A stretch of DNA of 64,000 nucleotides from an uncultured archaeon (GCA_963810275.1 CAWENF010000018.1:24187-88186); one strand, 5' to 3'. Positions 1 through 10,416 are shown, counted from the stretch's first letter. Notes: a model not told the origin generated them from the letters alone. Program-made: numbers and translations.

Positions 1-1056
1 TCGGCTGCTGATGCAATTCCTGTGCGAGTCAACTCGGGTTGGTATGATACTTCTAAACTCGGTGACCGCGTAGTCCCAGTTGAGGTTTGCCCAGTTATCC
101 GCTCAACCATCGGAGCCAAAATGATTGAACTCTCACCATTCCTTGAGCAAAGTGACGCTCTAATTAGCGTACTCACATGTGACGGCATGACTAAACTCAG
201 CGAAATCCTTGCCGACCAAAAACCCGTCTGGGGAATGAACGTGCCACGAATAAAGGACAGCAAGCAGAGTTTGCGGTTCTGGAACGACGAAATCAAACAC
301 ATGAAAACCCAAATCGAGCAGTTCACAGGAAACAAAATCGATCGCAAGAAACTAAAGGAAGCCATCGGAGTTAGCCACCAAGCCACCAAAGTCTTCCGAC
401 GGTTACAGGAACTACGAAAAGGTAACCCGGTGATTATGGGCAGAGATGCAATGCTTGTCAACCAAGCTTACAGTTGGGATGACAAGGTGCGGTGGACAGA
501 AAAAACTGAGAAACTATGTGAAGAGCTTGAAGCACGTGTCGCACGAAAGGATTGGGTGGTTTCGCCTGACACACCTCGGGTAATGGTTACAGGTACGCCT
601 ATGTTTTGGCCTGACAATTGGAAACTCCCCACACTGGTTGAGGAAGGGATGCCGCAGGGAATCATTGTTGCTGACGAGCAATGCAGCGGCGAACGCATCT
701 TAAACGACCCAATAGGAGTTGACGAGTGGTCAATGGACGATATGATTAACGCTATGAGCGAACGCTACCTCATGGCATCTACCTGTCCATGCTTTACCAG
801 CAAAGACGGCAACGAAGACCGTATCAACTGGCTGCTAAACAAGGTCAAAGAGTGGAACGTACAAGGCGTCGTCTACTACGTTGTACGTGGCTGCATGCTC
901 TACGCCATGGAGTACACACGAGTTAAGAGGGCTTTGGACAAAATTAATGTTCCAGTCTACTATTTGGATACGGAATATACAAGGGAAGATGTCGGGCAAA
1001 TGAAGACCCGCGTGGAAGCTTTCCTTGAAATGCTCTCGGCAAGAGTGGACATATAG
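1..1056 (+). CDS. 2-hydroxyacyl-CoA dehydratase / benzoyl-CoA reductase subunit (HgdB/FldC/BzdN-like), 5'-truncated by the window edge
   Basis: Frame open from base 1. Motifs EVCP, TCDG, RVMVTG, CSGER, CPCF and GQMKTRVEAFLEM are typical of the family; activase genes follow directly. Confidence 0.85.
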   Translation, partial: SAADAIPVRVNSGWYDTSKLGDRVVPVEVCPVIRSTIGAKMIELSPFLEQSDALISVLTCDGMTKLSEILADQKPVWGMNVPRIKDSKQSLRFWNDEIKHMKTQIEQFTGNKIDRKKLKEAIGVSHQATKVFRRLQELRKGNPVIMGRDAMLVNQAYSWDDKVRWTEKTEKLCEELEARVARKDWVVSPDTPRVMVTGTPMFWPDNWKLPTLVEEGMPQGIIVADEQCSGERILNDPIGVDEWSMDDMINAMSERYLMASTCPCFTSKDGNEDRINWLLNKVKEWNVQGVVYYVVRGCMLYAMEYTRVKRALDKINVPVYYLDTEYTREDVGQMKTRVEAFLEMLSARVDI

Positions 1057-1067
1057 GTGAAGTATGA

Positions 1068-1850
1068 GTGATTACTGTCGGAATGGACCTTGGTACGCAA
1101 CGTGTAAAAGCAGTTGTCCTCAAAGACGGCGCAGTCGCCGGACGAGGACAAAAATTATCTGGATTTGACCCAACCAAAGCAGCGGAGGAAGCAGTTGCAG
1201 ACGCCCTGAAAGAGGCGAACTTGCAACTTAGCGATGTGGCTCATTTCGCCGCTACAGGCTCAGCAGTTAGCATGGCACCCTACCAGAATAGCACAGTTAG
1301 CATGATGGGCGCAGACGCAAAAGCAGGTGTTCACCTAGTCCCAAATGCAAGAACAATCATAGATGTCGGTGCAGAGGAAGCCAGAGCGGTCAAATGTGAC
1401 GAACGGGGCATAATGACGGATTTTGTAGTCAACGAACGCTGTGCAGCTGGAGCTGGAGCGTTCATCGAAGCTATGGCACGCGCGCTGGAGGTCAAACTTG
1501 AAGACATGGGACCCCTCTCGCTTGAAGCGGAACGCGCCAGCCCAATCAACGCTTCATGCGTTATTTTCGGCGAGTCCGATGTTGTGTCACTTATTCACCG
1601 CCAAGAATCTAAACCCGAAATAGCAAGAGCAGTTTTTGATGCCATGGCAGACAGGGTCTCATCAATGATTCACCGTCTCGGCGTAAACCCCGAAGTGGTG
1701 CTGGTGGGCGGAGTCGCCAAAGACGTAGGCTTCGTAGCGTCACTTAACCGCAAACTCAGCTTAAACGTGATAATCCCTGACAACCCCGACTACTCAGGTG
1801 CATTGGGCGCAGCATTAATCGCAGCGACCCGCGTTAAAGGAAGCAAATAA
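1068..1850 (+). CDS. ASKHA-type ATP-dependent CoA-substrate activase (HgdC/BadG/BzdP-like)
   Basis: GMDLGT, IIDVGAEE, NERCAAGAG, CVIFGESDVVS, GGVAK; SD-like GGTGA upstream. Confidence 0.85.
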   Translation: MITVGMDLGTQRVKAVVLKDGAVAGRGQKLSGFDPTKAAEEAVADALKEANLQLSDVAHFAATGSAVSMAPYQNSTVSMMGADAKAGVHLVPNARTIIDVGAEEARAVKCDERGIMTDFVVNERCAAGAGAFIEAMARALEVKLEDMGPLSLEAERASPINASCVIFGESDVVSLIHRQESKPEIARAVFDAMADRVSSMIHRLGVNPEVVLVGGVAKDVGFVASLNRKLSLNVIIPDNPDYSGALGAALIAATRVKGSK

Positions 1851-1851
1851 A

Positions 1852-2745
1852 ATGGCAACCAAAGAAGAGTTTTGGCGCTGGAACGAATACCACCGCGTAG
1901 TCCCAGGCATCAAACCCACCGCTAACGACATCATAACAGCAGGCGTAGACGTTGGCTCAGTAGGCTCCAAAGCAGCAATCATGGTTAACGGGCAAGCATA
2001 CGCGTGGGGCATCACCCGCACCGGCAGCAACAGTCCCGAAAGCGCCATAAAAGCTCTAAACTTCGCCCTACAAGACACAGGCTTAAGTGTAGGCGACCTC
2101 AAATTCATCGTAGGTACAGGTTACGGACGCGTCAACGTACCCATGGCAAACAAGGCTTTAACCGAAATCGCCTGCCACGCCAAAGGCGCCAACTACATCT
2201 GGGGCCCCTCTGTCCGCACTGTACTCGACGTTGGAGGACAGGATATTAAAGCCATAAAAATCGACGAAACAGGCCGTGTCGTGTCGTTTTTGATGAACGA
2301 TAAATGCGCTGCTGGCACAGGCAGAGGCATGGAAGTCTTTGCTGACCTGCTCCAAATCCCAATCGAGCAAATCGGCGACATATCCTTAAAAGTCGAGACA
2401 GAACCCGACCCCGTCAGTTGCACATGTGTAGCGTTTGCAAAAACCGAAGCCATGGGGCTATTGCGTAAAGGCTGGTCCAAAGAGAAGGTTTTAGCGGCAT
2501 ACACCCGGGCTATGGCAGTACGTATGGCTAACCTCATCAAACGCGTCGGTTTGGAACCCGAATTAGTCGTCACGGGAGGACAATCCAAAAACAAAGGCAT
2601 AGTAACCCGAATCGAAACCATTCTGGACCTCAAATGCTTACCCTCTCCGAACTGGCGGCAAGACGGTTTAGATCCAATGGTTGCAGGTGCACTGGGCGCT
2701 GCATTATTCGGAAAAGCCCTCTATGAGAAAGCTCAGAGAAGCTAA
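1852..2745 (+). CDS. Benzoyl-CoA reductase ATP-binding subunit, bzd-type Q-like activase
   Basis: GVDVGSVGSKA, GTGYGRVNVP, EIACHAKGA, DVGGQD, MNDKCAAGTGRGMEV, plus an N-terminal FWRW extension as recalled for BzdQ-type subunits. Confidence 0.75.
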   Translation: MATKEEFWRWNEYHRVVPGIKPTANDIITAGVDVGSVGSKAAIMVNGQAYAWGITRTGSNSPESAIKALNFALQDTGLSVGDLKFIVGTGYGRVNVPMANKALTEIACHAKGANYIWGPSVRTVLDVGGQDIKAIKIDETGRVVSFLMNDKCAAGTGRGMEVFADLLQIPIEQIGDISLKVETEPDPVSCTCVAFAKTEAMGLLRKGWSKEKVLAAYTRAMAVRMANLIKRVGLEPELVVTGGQSKNKGIVTRIETILDLKCLPSPNWRQDGLDPMVAGALGAALFGKALYEKAQRS

Positions 2746-2757
2746 AGGTGAACAGAG

Positions 2758-3045
2758 ATAATTACACATCATGGCTACACGGACGGTTCAGGCGAATATT
2801 ACATAATCGTGGACTCCGACAAATGCAGCGGCTGCGCTAAATGTCTGGAGGTCTGCCCCGAATCAGCGCTTGAGTTGGTAACGGAGTTTATTGATTTAGA
2901 GGACAAAACCGTCGCCGCCGTAACCGAAGAGCACCGCAAAAAACTGCGATACACCTGCCAAGCCTGCAAGCCCGAATCAGGAAAATCGCCCTGCGTTGTG
3001 GCTTGCCCAACCCGTGCCATCCACCTCGTTTGGAACCCTTGTTAA
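2758..3045 (+). CDS. 4Fe-4S dicluster-type ferredoxin associated with the reductase operon
   Basis: CSGCAKCLEVCP and CxxC...CVVACP. The frame extends upstream of the GTG at 2809 as (M)ITHHGYTDGSGEYYIIVD from an ATA at 2758 preceded by AGGTGA. Confidence 0.8.
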   Translation: MITHHGYTDGSGEYYIIVDSDKCSGCAKCLEVCPESALELVTEFIDLEDKTVAAVTEEHRKKLRYTCQACKPESGKSPCVVACPTRAIHLVWNPC

Positions 3046-3218
3046 ATAAATTCTTATTTCTAAGAGGTTATTTTTTTCTAGTTGCCATACCATAAACCAA
3101 CCTCAAACCATTTGTATTTGTCTTCGTTTAGCATTGAAAATAGTTTTGCAGGGAACCGATTTTTTCACTACAAATAAATTAAAAATAAGAAAAAGTAAGG
3201 TACAGTTGGGAAGTACCT

Positions 3219-4190
3219 TTACATTTGGGGTTGTCTGCGCCTCAAGAGTATTAGCACTGCTACCAATACGACCGAGATAACAATCACAATGATAATGACT
3301 ATTGTCAATGTAGTGAGAAGATCATTGTCGGCTGGTGGAGTTGGCGTGGAGGTGGGAGCATGAGTAGGTATTGATGTGGGTGTAGGAGAAGGACTAGTAG
3401 GAATTGCTGTTGGTGCAGGAGTTGGAGTGGAGGATGGTGCAACGTAAACGGCCACTGTAAAGTTATAGCTATCTTCAGATACAACATAGTTGGTGGAAGT
3501 GTTGTATAGGCGTATGTTCCAATTGTAAGTTCCGTTGGAGCTAAATTTGTAGGAAATGGTATTTTCCTCGTCTGCTGTGATAGCGCTCTGGTTGTAACCT
3601 GCTAAAACTCCGTTGATAATTAGTGTGGCGCCTTCAAAAGAATCGCCGCCTATGGCGGTTGGTACGTACACGAAGCTGCAGTTTAAGTCATTGGTGACTG
3701 TGGTTCCGTTGTCGGGGGATTTGAGGCTGACAGCTACGCCGACGGGATTGGGGAGTTCAACTGTTAAGCTATAATCGTCAGGGGCATACACAGTGTTTGT
3801 GCTGTTTCGAAGACCAATATTCCAGGTACAGGTACTGTTTTCTGAAAATTTATAATAAAGGGTATTGCTTTCGTAGGGTTTCAACGCGGTGTGGTTGGAT
3901 GCAGCTATGCTTCCGTTTATAATAAGGTCTGCACCGAAGAATTTGTCGGTTCCATTAATTTTAGGCTCAAAGGTAAAGCTAACATTAAAGTCATCATCTA
4001 TTGTTTCGCCGTTGATTGGTGTAACCAGACTGACTGAGATGTTCTCCGGGTCTTGAACTTGCAGAGTAGAAATTGGACTGATTGCCTGTGCAGTCGCTGC
4101 TGGCTTGTCGTTTATTACAAATGGGACAAAGCAGAGGCTAACTAGTAATGTTAAGGCGATTATTGTAAAGTGGACTTGCTTGGTTATCAT
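3219..4190 (-). CDS. Secreted, C-terminally anchored surface glycoprotein with two Ig-like repeats
   Basis: Signal peptide; two ~100-aa repeats (VSLxxPxNG...WNI.L.N...DxYxxTV); many NxS/T sequons; Thr/Pro linker; TM helix followed by RRR. Confidence 0.75.
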   Translation of the reverse strand: MITKQVHFTIIALTLLVSLCFVPFVINDKPAATAQAISPISTLQVQDPENISVSLVTPINGETIDDDFNVSFTFEPKINGTDKFFGADLIINGSIAASNHTALKPYESNTLYYKFSENSTCTWNIGLRNSTNTVYAPDDYSLTVELPNPVGVAVSLKSPDNGTTVTNDLNCSFVYVPTAIGGDSFEGATLIINGVLAGYNQSAITADEENTISYKFSSNGTYNWNIRLYNTSTNYVVSEDSYNFTVAVYVAPSSTPTPAPTAIPTSPSPTPTSIPTHAPTSTPTPPADNDLLTTLTIVIIIVIVISVVLVAVLILLRRRQPQM

Positions 4191-4499
4191 ATGCGTAATT
4201 CAGCATATTTGGTATTTATAATTTTCTAACGGTAAATAAGGTCTTTTAGAGTAAAAGCGGCAAAATTTCGAGGCTATAGAAGCTATTGAGTTTTTTCTTG
4301 AGCATTTTACATGCTATGCTTAAATTTTAGCACAGCTTTACCGGTAAAAACAGCTAAGCACAGCCACTTTTATGTTTACTGCGTTTTTGTTGTACAGAAT
4401 CAAGAATAAGGTATAAAGATATTATTTGCAGATTCGCTAGCATTATATACACAAAACACTGTATTGAGTTGTCAGATATGTGGGGGTAGAATATTAAAA

Positions 4500-5058
4500 A
4501 TGGCAAAAAATCCTCAATCTAAAGATGAGGCTCTCGAAGCATTAGATTTCATAGTTAATGTATTGAAAGAGCATGAGCGTGACTTGGATAAACTCATAAG
4601 CGAATTAGCCACCGTAACCGAACAGATAGGCGAAACTGGAGAACTCGCAGGCAAAGTGGATAAAGTTGAAGAAAAAATCAGCAATTTGCAAAAAGAAATC
4701 GCAGGCTTAACAGGTGTTGTCTCAAATGCGCCCAAACAGCTGCCAGCAACATTTCCGCAGCCAGCTCAACCGCAAATGCCTCGACGCTACGCAGCTAATC
4801 TCCGCCTCTCCATCGGTTATGCTTAACTGCCAAAATTGGGAGGACTTCCAAAAGTTAGCTACAGGGACACAGACGGTTTCGTTTAACTACAAAGAAGACA
4901 CAAAAATTTTAGAAGCCTACGCAATCCGCGGAAAACAGATAGTTCGGTTCTCCGGTCCATTGCCCAAGTTTTCAGTTGTTCTAAAATCCTATTTGTCTAA
5001 AGAGTTAGGTGTCTCAGAGCAGTGTATCCTTGAAGGATCTCTTGCATTGGGGCAGTGA
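4500..5058 (+). CDS. Conserved hypothetical coiled-coil protein, split by one frameshift (~4770-4790)
   Basis: ORF 4464-4826 (EALEALDFIVNVLKEHERDLD, heptads) overlaps ORF 4714-5058; the halves join through a Q/P-rich linker. Confidence 0.55.
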
Positions 5059-5388
5059 TTCTTTAGACAGAATCCATATTTTAGGGTTGTATTCTCTCTT
5101 CATAAACGTTATAGCTTGGTCCGCATATACGTATGGCTGGTAGTGATTGGAGAGACCAGGTTAAGGTTGAAGGCTAAACTCTTAGCTAAATCAATCTTTT
5201 CCGTTTTCGAAGCCTTCTCCTTTCTCCTCGAACAACGGGTAGTTAAGAGCGCGCCAATACACTTAACCCGTCTCCACCACTACACAAAACTTCTGAAACC
5301 GAAAACAAAAAAGCACTTCACAAACCGGAGCCTATTGTTTGGCGGTATATATTTATCAGAGAGAACTAATTTGATATGAACATTCTAT

Positions 5389-5473
5389 GCAGGGGTCGCC
5401 AAGCCAGGTCAAAGGCGTAGGCTTCAGGAGCCTATCCCGCAGGGGTTCGTGGGTTCGAATCCCACCCCCTGCA
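5389..5473 (+). tRNA. tRNA-Leu(CAG)
   Basis: Acceptor GCAGGGG/CCCCTGC; anticodon arm TAGGC-TTCAGGA-GCCTA; long variable arm; GTGGG-TTCGAAT-CCCAC T arm; no encoded CCA. Confidence 0.97.
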
Positions 5474-6100
5474 CTTCATAGATAAGTCTATCTGCAACTT
5501 TGTGTAAGTCTAAACATTTCAGCAGATAGACCTTTTATTGGTGCTCTTGGCAGAATAAGGCGGCTACTGTGTACTGAAGCTCTCGAAAACACATAGCCAC
5601 TAAGGTCAGTAGTTGGATTTCCGAAGATTATGCAGCGTTTACGGTTAAGCCATCTTCTTCAAAGTTGCCGCCTCTTACTTGGAGAATTGGTCGCCACAAA
5701 TTTTTCGGAGATCTGGAATTAACGCTTCTTTTCGCAGAATCCGAAGATTTTGATAAACTAAGGTTCGTTGCTATCAGAAAAATTTTTGTAGCCTATTCTT
5801 CCGATTTGAATCTTATACCTCAATGATTCCATCCTTGATTACACCTAAAATTATCTTACAACAAAAAGTTAAAGGAATTCTGCCTATCATGGAAATTTTG
5901 CAATGACCACTCCAAAGAATTTACTAACAGAACCAAAACGGAAACTAATCAAAAATATCAAAGCTAAAGTTAATGACAGAGTATATTTCGGAAAAAGCCA
6001 TAACTAACAAGTAAAATACGGTATGTCCGATTTTGTACTGTTATTTTTACTTAAGTTTAAATGTAATTTTTTACCATTTAATTTACATAGAGGTTTTTTC

Positions 6101-7677
6101 TTGGCCGAGCCTAAAGATGTAGCACAAGAAGCGATCAGACTAAGCGAGGAACAATTTAGAAAAGCCATACAAGAAGCGCCCATTCCAACCATTATGCAGG
6201 CTGAAGATGGTCAGGTGCTTCAAATAAGCCGCTCTTGGACAGAATTAACCGGCTACAAACTTGCTGATATTCCTACATTTGATCGATGGCTAACAAGCGT
6301 TGTTTATGATGACACTCATGCTGTTAGAGATCAAATGAATGAACTTTTTAAGGGATCTAAGCGCTCAGTAAATGTAAATTTTTCTGTATGCACCCATGAT
6401 AAGGGTGTTAGGGATTGGAGTTTTAGCGCCTCTTCACCGGGCACTTTGATTGATGGCAGACGCTTCATAATTGGAATGGCAGTGGACATAACTGAACGCA
6501 AGAAAGCTGAAGAAGCCTTTCTAAAATCAAAAGAGCTAATTGAGGCTCAAAGAAAACGGTTAGAAACCATCTTAGAGACTTCTCCTTCGGCGATAGTCAT
6601 CCTCGAAGCACCAAACGGGAAAATCTCTTATATTAATAAACGAGCTTTGGAGCTTTATGGTTTTGACACAGTTAAATTAAATCTATTAGAACATATTGCC
6701 GCAGTTAAAGCAAGAAAACTCAATGGTTCAGAATACCCAGCTTGGGAAGTTCCTGCGGCTAAGGCATTAAAAGGTCAAGTAGTACGCAACGAAGAACTGA
6801 TAATAAAGCAGGCAAATGGAAAGGAAATACCAGTAGTTGTAAGCGCAGCACCAATATACAATAAGGACAATGTGGCATCAGCGATTGCAATATTTGAAGA
6901 TATTACAGAGCGCAAGAAAACTGAGCAGGTGCTTCGTAAAAGTGAGGAAAAAATCAAAGAGTATGCTAATAACCTTGAGAAGATTGTTGCAGAACGCACT
7001 AAAGAGCTCAAAGAGTCAGAAAGGTTAGCAGCCATCGGCGCCACGGCAGGCATGGTTGGGCATGATATTCGCAATCCCTTGCAGGCTATTGTTGGGGATA
7101 TCTATCTTCTAAGTGATGTCTTATTGGATTTGCCCGAGGGCAAAATGAAACAAGAAGTTCGTGAGAGTTTAGAAAATATCGGCGCAAATATCAACTACAT
7201 TAATAAGATTGTTGCTGACCTGCAGGACTACGCAAGACCCATAACTCCTGAAATAAAAACACTAAACCTCTACGAACTAGTTACTACTTGTTTTGGGCCA
7301 ATTGAAATTCCAGATGAAATCAAGCTATACCTTGATATTGATGTTTCTTTGTGGTTAAGAACAGATGAAACACTTCTTAGACGTATAATTTCTAATCTTG
7401 TAACTAATGCTTTACAAGCTATGCCAAATGAAGGTTCACTATCAATTAAAGCAAGTCAAAGTGAAGATGTGATTTTGGTTACTATCGAAGACACGGTATG
7501 GGTATACCTGAGTCGTTTAAGTCCAAGTTGTTTACACCTATGATGACTACTAAATCTAAAGGTCAAGGGTTAGGTTTGGCAGTTGTAAAAAGACTGGTTG
7601 AGGTACTAAAAGGCACAATCAGCTTTGAGAGCCAAGAGGGTAAAGGAACAAAATTCATAATCAAACTACCTGCTTAG
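6101..7677 (+). CDS. PAS-PAS sensor histidine kinase, frameshifted near 7495
   Basis: Two PAS/PAC units (DITERKK), H-box HDIRNPL, N-box NLVTNALQAM. The G-box continues in another frame: GMGIP...LFTPMMTTKSKGQGLGLAVVKR...GKGTKFIIKLPA*. Confidence 0.88.
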
Positions 7678-8265
7678 CAGTTCTCACTTCCACAGAATTA
7701 ACTGGCGCTAAAAGCAAAAAAGCCCTCTTCTTCTCAGAAGCCCCAGTTTTCAGAGCTGTTCAAGCAATTTATCGAATCTCCAGTACTAAATAATATAGAT
7801 TATTAAGTTGGGTAGAACAACAACAAGTAGAATTTTTTGGATGTTGTTGTTCTCTCACAAGCCCCAATTTTATAAGCTTTTGACGAATCGCCTCTTCCGT
7901 ATATTCCCCATCAAAACTAAACGCTAAAACACCAAAATCAATTATCCCCGAACTAAACCAATCCCTGAGTTTTCACTCATTATCATAGGCCAATGTTTAC
8001 CTTTCGTCAGGTCTTCTGCTCCATAAACAATCCAATTTCTGCGCCCCAATATCCTCAATAGAGGCAACGGCCAAGCATAATCCCCACCCATGCTTGCTTT
8101 AAACAGGCACGAGTAGATTTTGACTTTTTTTCGGAAGCTCTTAGAGAACCATTAACGAGACAACTGCCCAGACCAAAAAGTATGGAAAGAGGCAAAGGAA
8201 TAAGCTGATAAACCATAGCACAAGATGGATCTCAGTTTATTTAAAACCAAATAAACAACACTAAG

Positions 8266-9630
8266 TTAGACGCTACTTTTAACGGAAGAAGCTACCTTTT
8301 GCAAGTACCTCCTCATTTCAAATTTCCTCTCTAACCCAGCAAAATTCATATAACGCACCGTACCAAACACCGCCCGCTCACCCCATGGGCGGTCATGTTT
8401 GCCAAAACACCACGCTACACCCGCATACCCATTTGGGTCCCGCCCATCAAGCTCATACCGATTGTTTAGGTAAAGCGCCACCTCAAAAGCCTCCTCAGGG
8501 GTTTTGGTCCACTCCAAGATTTTCTTGCCCCAATACATCCGCATATACCCATTCATTTTGCCTGTGTGCACCATTTCGTTTTGGGCAGCGTTCCAGTAAG
8601 GGTCATCTGTCTGGGCCTTCTCCAATTGTTCTCGAGTGTAAATGTAGGGCCTTGGATCAGCAACGTGAAATTCAAGGGTTTTTCGTGCCCAGTCCGGCAA
8701 GCAAGCAAAAGAATCATAGTTTTTGTTATAGTAAACAAAGTTGATTGCAAGTTCTCTTCGCACTATCAACTCCTCCAAAAACCTGTGCTGAACAGCTACT
8801 TTAGCCGCTAAAACTTGGGCAGCGATGTAGATGGGTGAGATTTGCCCAAAATGCAGATACGGGCTTAGTTGTGAGGCACAGTCGTTGTCGGGTGTAGGGC
8901 CGCCGCTGCCGCCGTAAACCCAAAGGTTATCCTTAAGGAATTCCTGCAGTAGGCGTTTGGCGTTCCTAGTTCCGCCATGAAACACGGGCGATTTGTCTAC
9001 GGAGGGGCTGATTTTTAGCTGTGCAAGTGTTTTCTCGGGGGCATCCAAGAAAATGCTGTCCAATTTCAAGTACAGGGAAGGTTTATTGAGGGTTACTTGG
9101 GGTGGAAGCTCAAGGAAATCACAGATTTTTTTGTGCAGCTTGGGTCGCATTGTTGCGGCGGAAAATTCTTCTTTGTTTGAAGCTTCCTCAACTGGTACGA
9201 CGACGTTGTCTTCAAGTTGAACCAGCTGCACTCTGAGGTGTTGGACGGCGTATTGGTACCATTCCCTGTTCACCAGCAGATAACCACGGTCAACTACGAC
9301 ACAAGCTGCATGTTCTGAAAGCGTCACTGCACCCTGTGCGGGATTGACTGCTCTAACCACGAATTTTACGCCCAACTTCGCCAATTCGTCAGAGACCTCG
9401 CGCAGTCCTTCGAGCATAAACCAGTAGTGCCGGTAATTCGCCTCCGGAAACTCTGGCGTCAACCCAAAGTAAACAACCAAAGGCAAATCAAGACTGTTAG
9501 CGATTTGCACTGCGTATGTTAATGCCCAGTTTTCTTGGGTACGCTGGGAGGATTGCATCCAGTAGAGCACAAACTCGCCATTCTGTGTTGGTTTTTCGTT
9601 GAGATTTTTCATTCTAGCTGGCGGTAGCAT
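8266..9630 (-). CDS. phrB: Class II CPD DNA photolyase
   Basis: VLYWM..SQR..ENWAL, SQLSPYLHFGQISP, FLEELIVRREL, GKMNGYMRMYWGKKILEW, LDGRDPNGYAG, HDRPW. Confidence 0.93.
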   Translation of the reverse strand: MLPPARMKNLNEKPTQNGEFVLYWMQSSQRTQENWALTYAVQIANSLDLPLVVYFGLTPEFPEANYRHYWFMLEGLREVSDELAKLGVKFVVRAVNPAQGAVTLSEHAACVVVDRGYLLVNREWYQYAVQHLRVQLVQLEDNVVVPVEEASNKEEFSAATMRPKLHKKICDFLELPPQVTLNKPSLYLKLDSIFLDAPEKTLAQLKISPSVDKSPVFHGGTRNAKRLLQEFLKDNLWVYGGSGGPTPDNDCASQLSPYLHFGQISPIYIAAQVLAAKVAVQHRFLEELIVRRELAINFVYYNKNYDSFACLPDWARKTLEFHVADPRPYIYTREQLEKAQTDDPYWNAAQNEMVHTGKMNGYMRMYWGKKILEWTKTPEEAFEVALYLNNRYELDGRDPNGYAGVAWCFGKHDRPWGERAVFGTVRYMNFAGLERKFEMRRYLQKVASSVKSSV

Positions 9631-9641
9631 CTTTATCGCTT

Positions 9642-10115
9642 TTATGGTGATTTCAGCCCTTTAGTTGAGGTGACTTTGCCGAGTTTTAAAATCAAAATAG
9701 GCTGGTTAGGGGTAAAAGCAGACCAATCAACAGATTTTTCGAAGCCATGAGCACACAAAAAGTTAGGTGACAACTTGGCTTGCCCAGTTTCCTCCATCTG
9801 CTGAATAGCTTGCTTGCGTTCATCTTCGTTTGTGACTGGCTCTAAGGTTCCAGTTAGCGTCACAAATGCATATTCGCTGAAGTTGGGGGTATACGCTTCT
9901 ATTTCCACACAAACAGGATTACCGCCTTCTAAGAAAGCCATTTTGTCGCCGTAATCAGTAAAGTGAAAATACAGTTGCCCACCAAAGTATGCGTACTGGA
10001 AGGGAGCGATATAGGGACTGTGTTTTCCTTGAAAGGCGATTCTGCATAGAAACTGGTTTTGGATGGTGTGTCCTATTTCTTGTTGACTCATTGAGGGCAA
10101 CTTTAGTTTGTTCAA
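9642..10115 (-). CDS. Pyridoxamine 5'-phosphate oxidase-like (NimA-type) flavin-binding protein
   Basis: CRIAF...PYIAP..Y.....LYFH....G.K......NPVCVEI pattern. Confidence 0.75.
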   Translation of the reverse strand: MNKLKLPSMSQQEIGHTIQNQFLCRIAFQGKHSPYIAPFQYAYFGGQLYFHFTDYGDKMAFLEGGNPVCVEIEAYTPNFSEYAFVTLTGTLEPVTNEDERKQAIQQMEETGQAKLSPNFLCAHGFEKSVDWSAFTPNQPILILKLGKVTSTKGLKSP

Positions 10116-10183
10116 CTGACGTCACCTTAGAAGTCTAGGTAACGGATTTTAGCATTTAAAGCTTAAGAAACGGATATAAACCC

Positions 10184-10332
10184 GGTGCTAAAGGGTGTGT
10201 CAAACCAAGCCTGACCTTCGCCGGATCAAAAGCAGATTTTTTCCGGTGGGATCGCTTCAGGGAGAGCGTGGTCGTTTACAGCCAACCAAGGCATTGGCTT
10301 GGCACACCAAACTCAGGGGACTGAACAGCACC
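10184..10332 (+). ncRNA. Putative orphan structured non-coding RNA (~150 nt)
   Basis: Closing helix GGTGCT/AGCACC; long helix GGTGTGTCAAACCAAGCCT/AGGCATTGGCTTGGCACACC; GACC/GGTC junction with two hairpins; TCAG-GGGA-CTGA GNRA hairpin; TTTAAA box about 29 nt upstream. Confidence 0.6.
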
Positions 10333-10416
10333 CTTATTGGTAGCACGTTTTCTTAAAAAAGTATTACTTAAATATAAGCGTTACTTCCACAGAATAAAGT
10401 AATACCATATTGGAAG

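Noticed and set aside
5060-5380. ORF 5116-5379 and short minus-strand peptides upstream of tRNA-Leu
   Set aside because: No motifs, weak starts, and overlap with the tRNA promoter region.
10184-10332. Cobalamin or TPP riboswitch for the neighbouring cbiMN or flavoprotein genes
   Set aside because: Lies downstream of cbiMN; B12-box and TPP core motifs are absent; pairing favours the strand opposite the flavoprotein gene.
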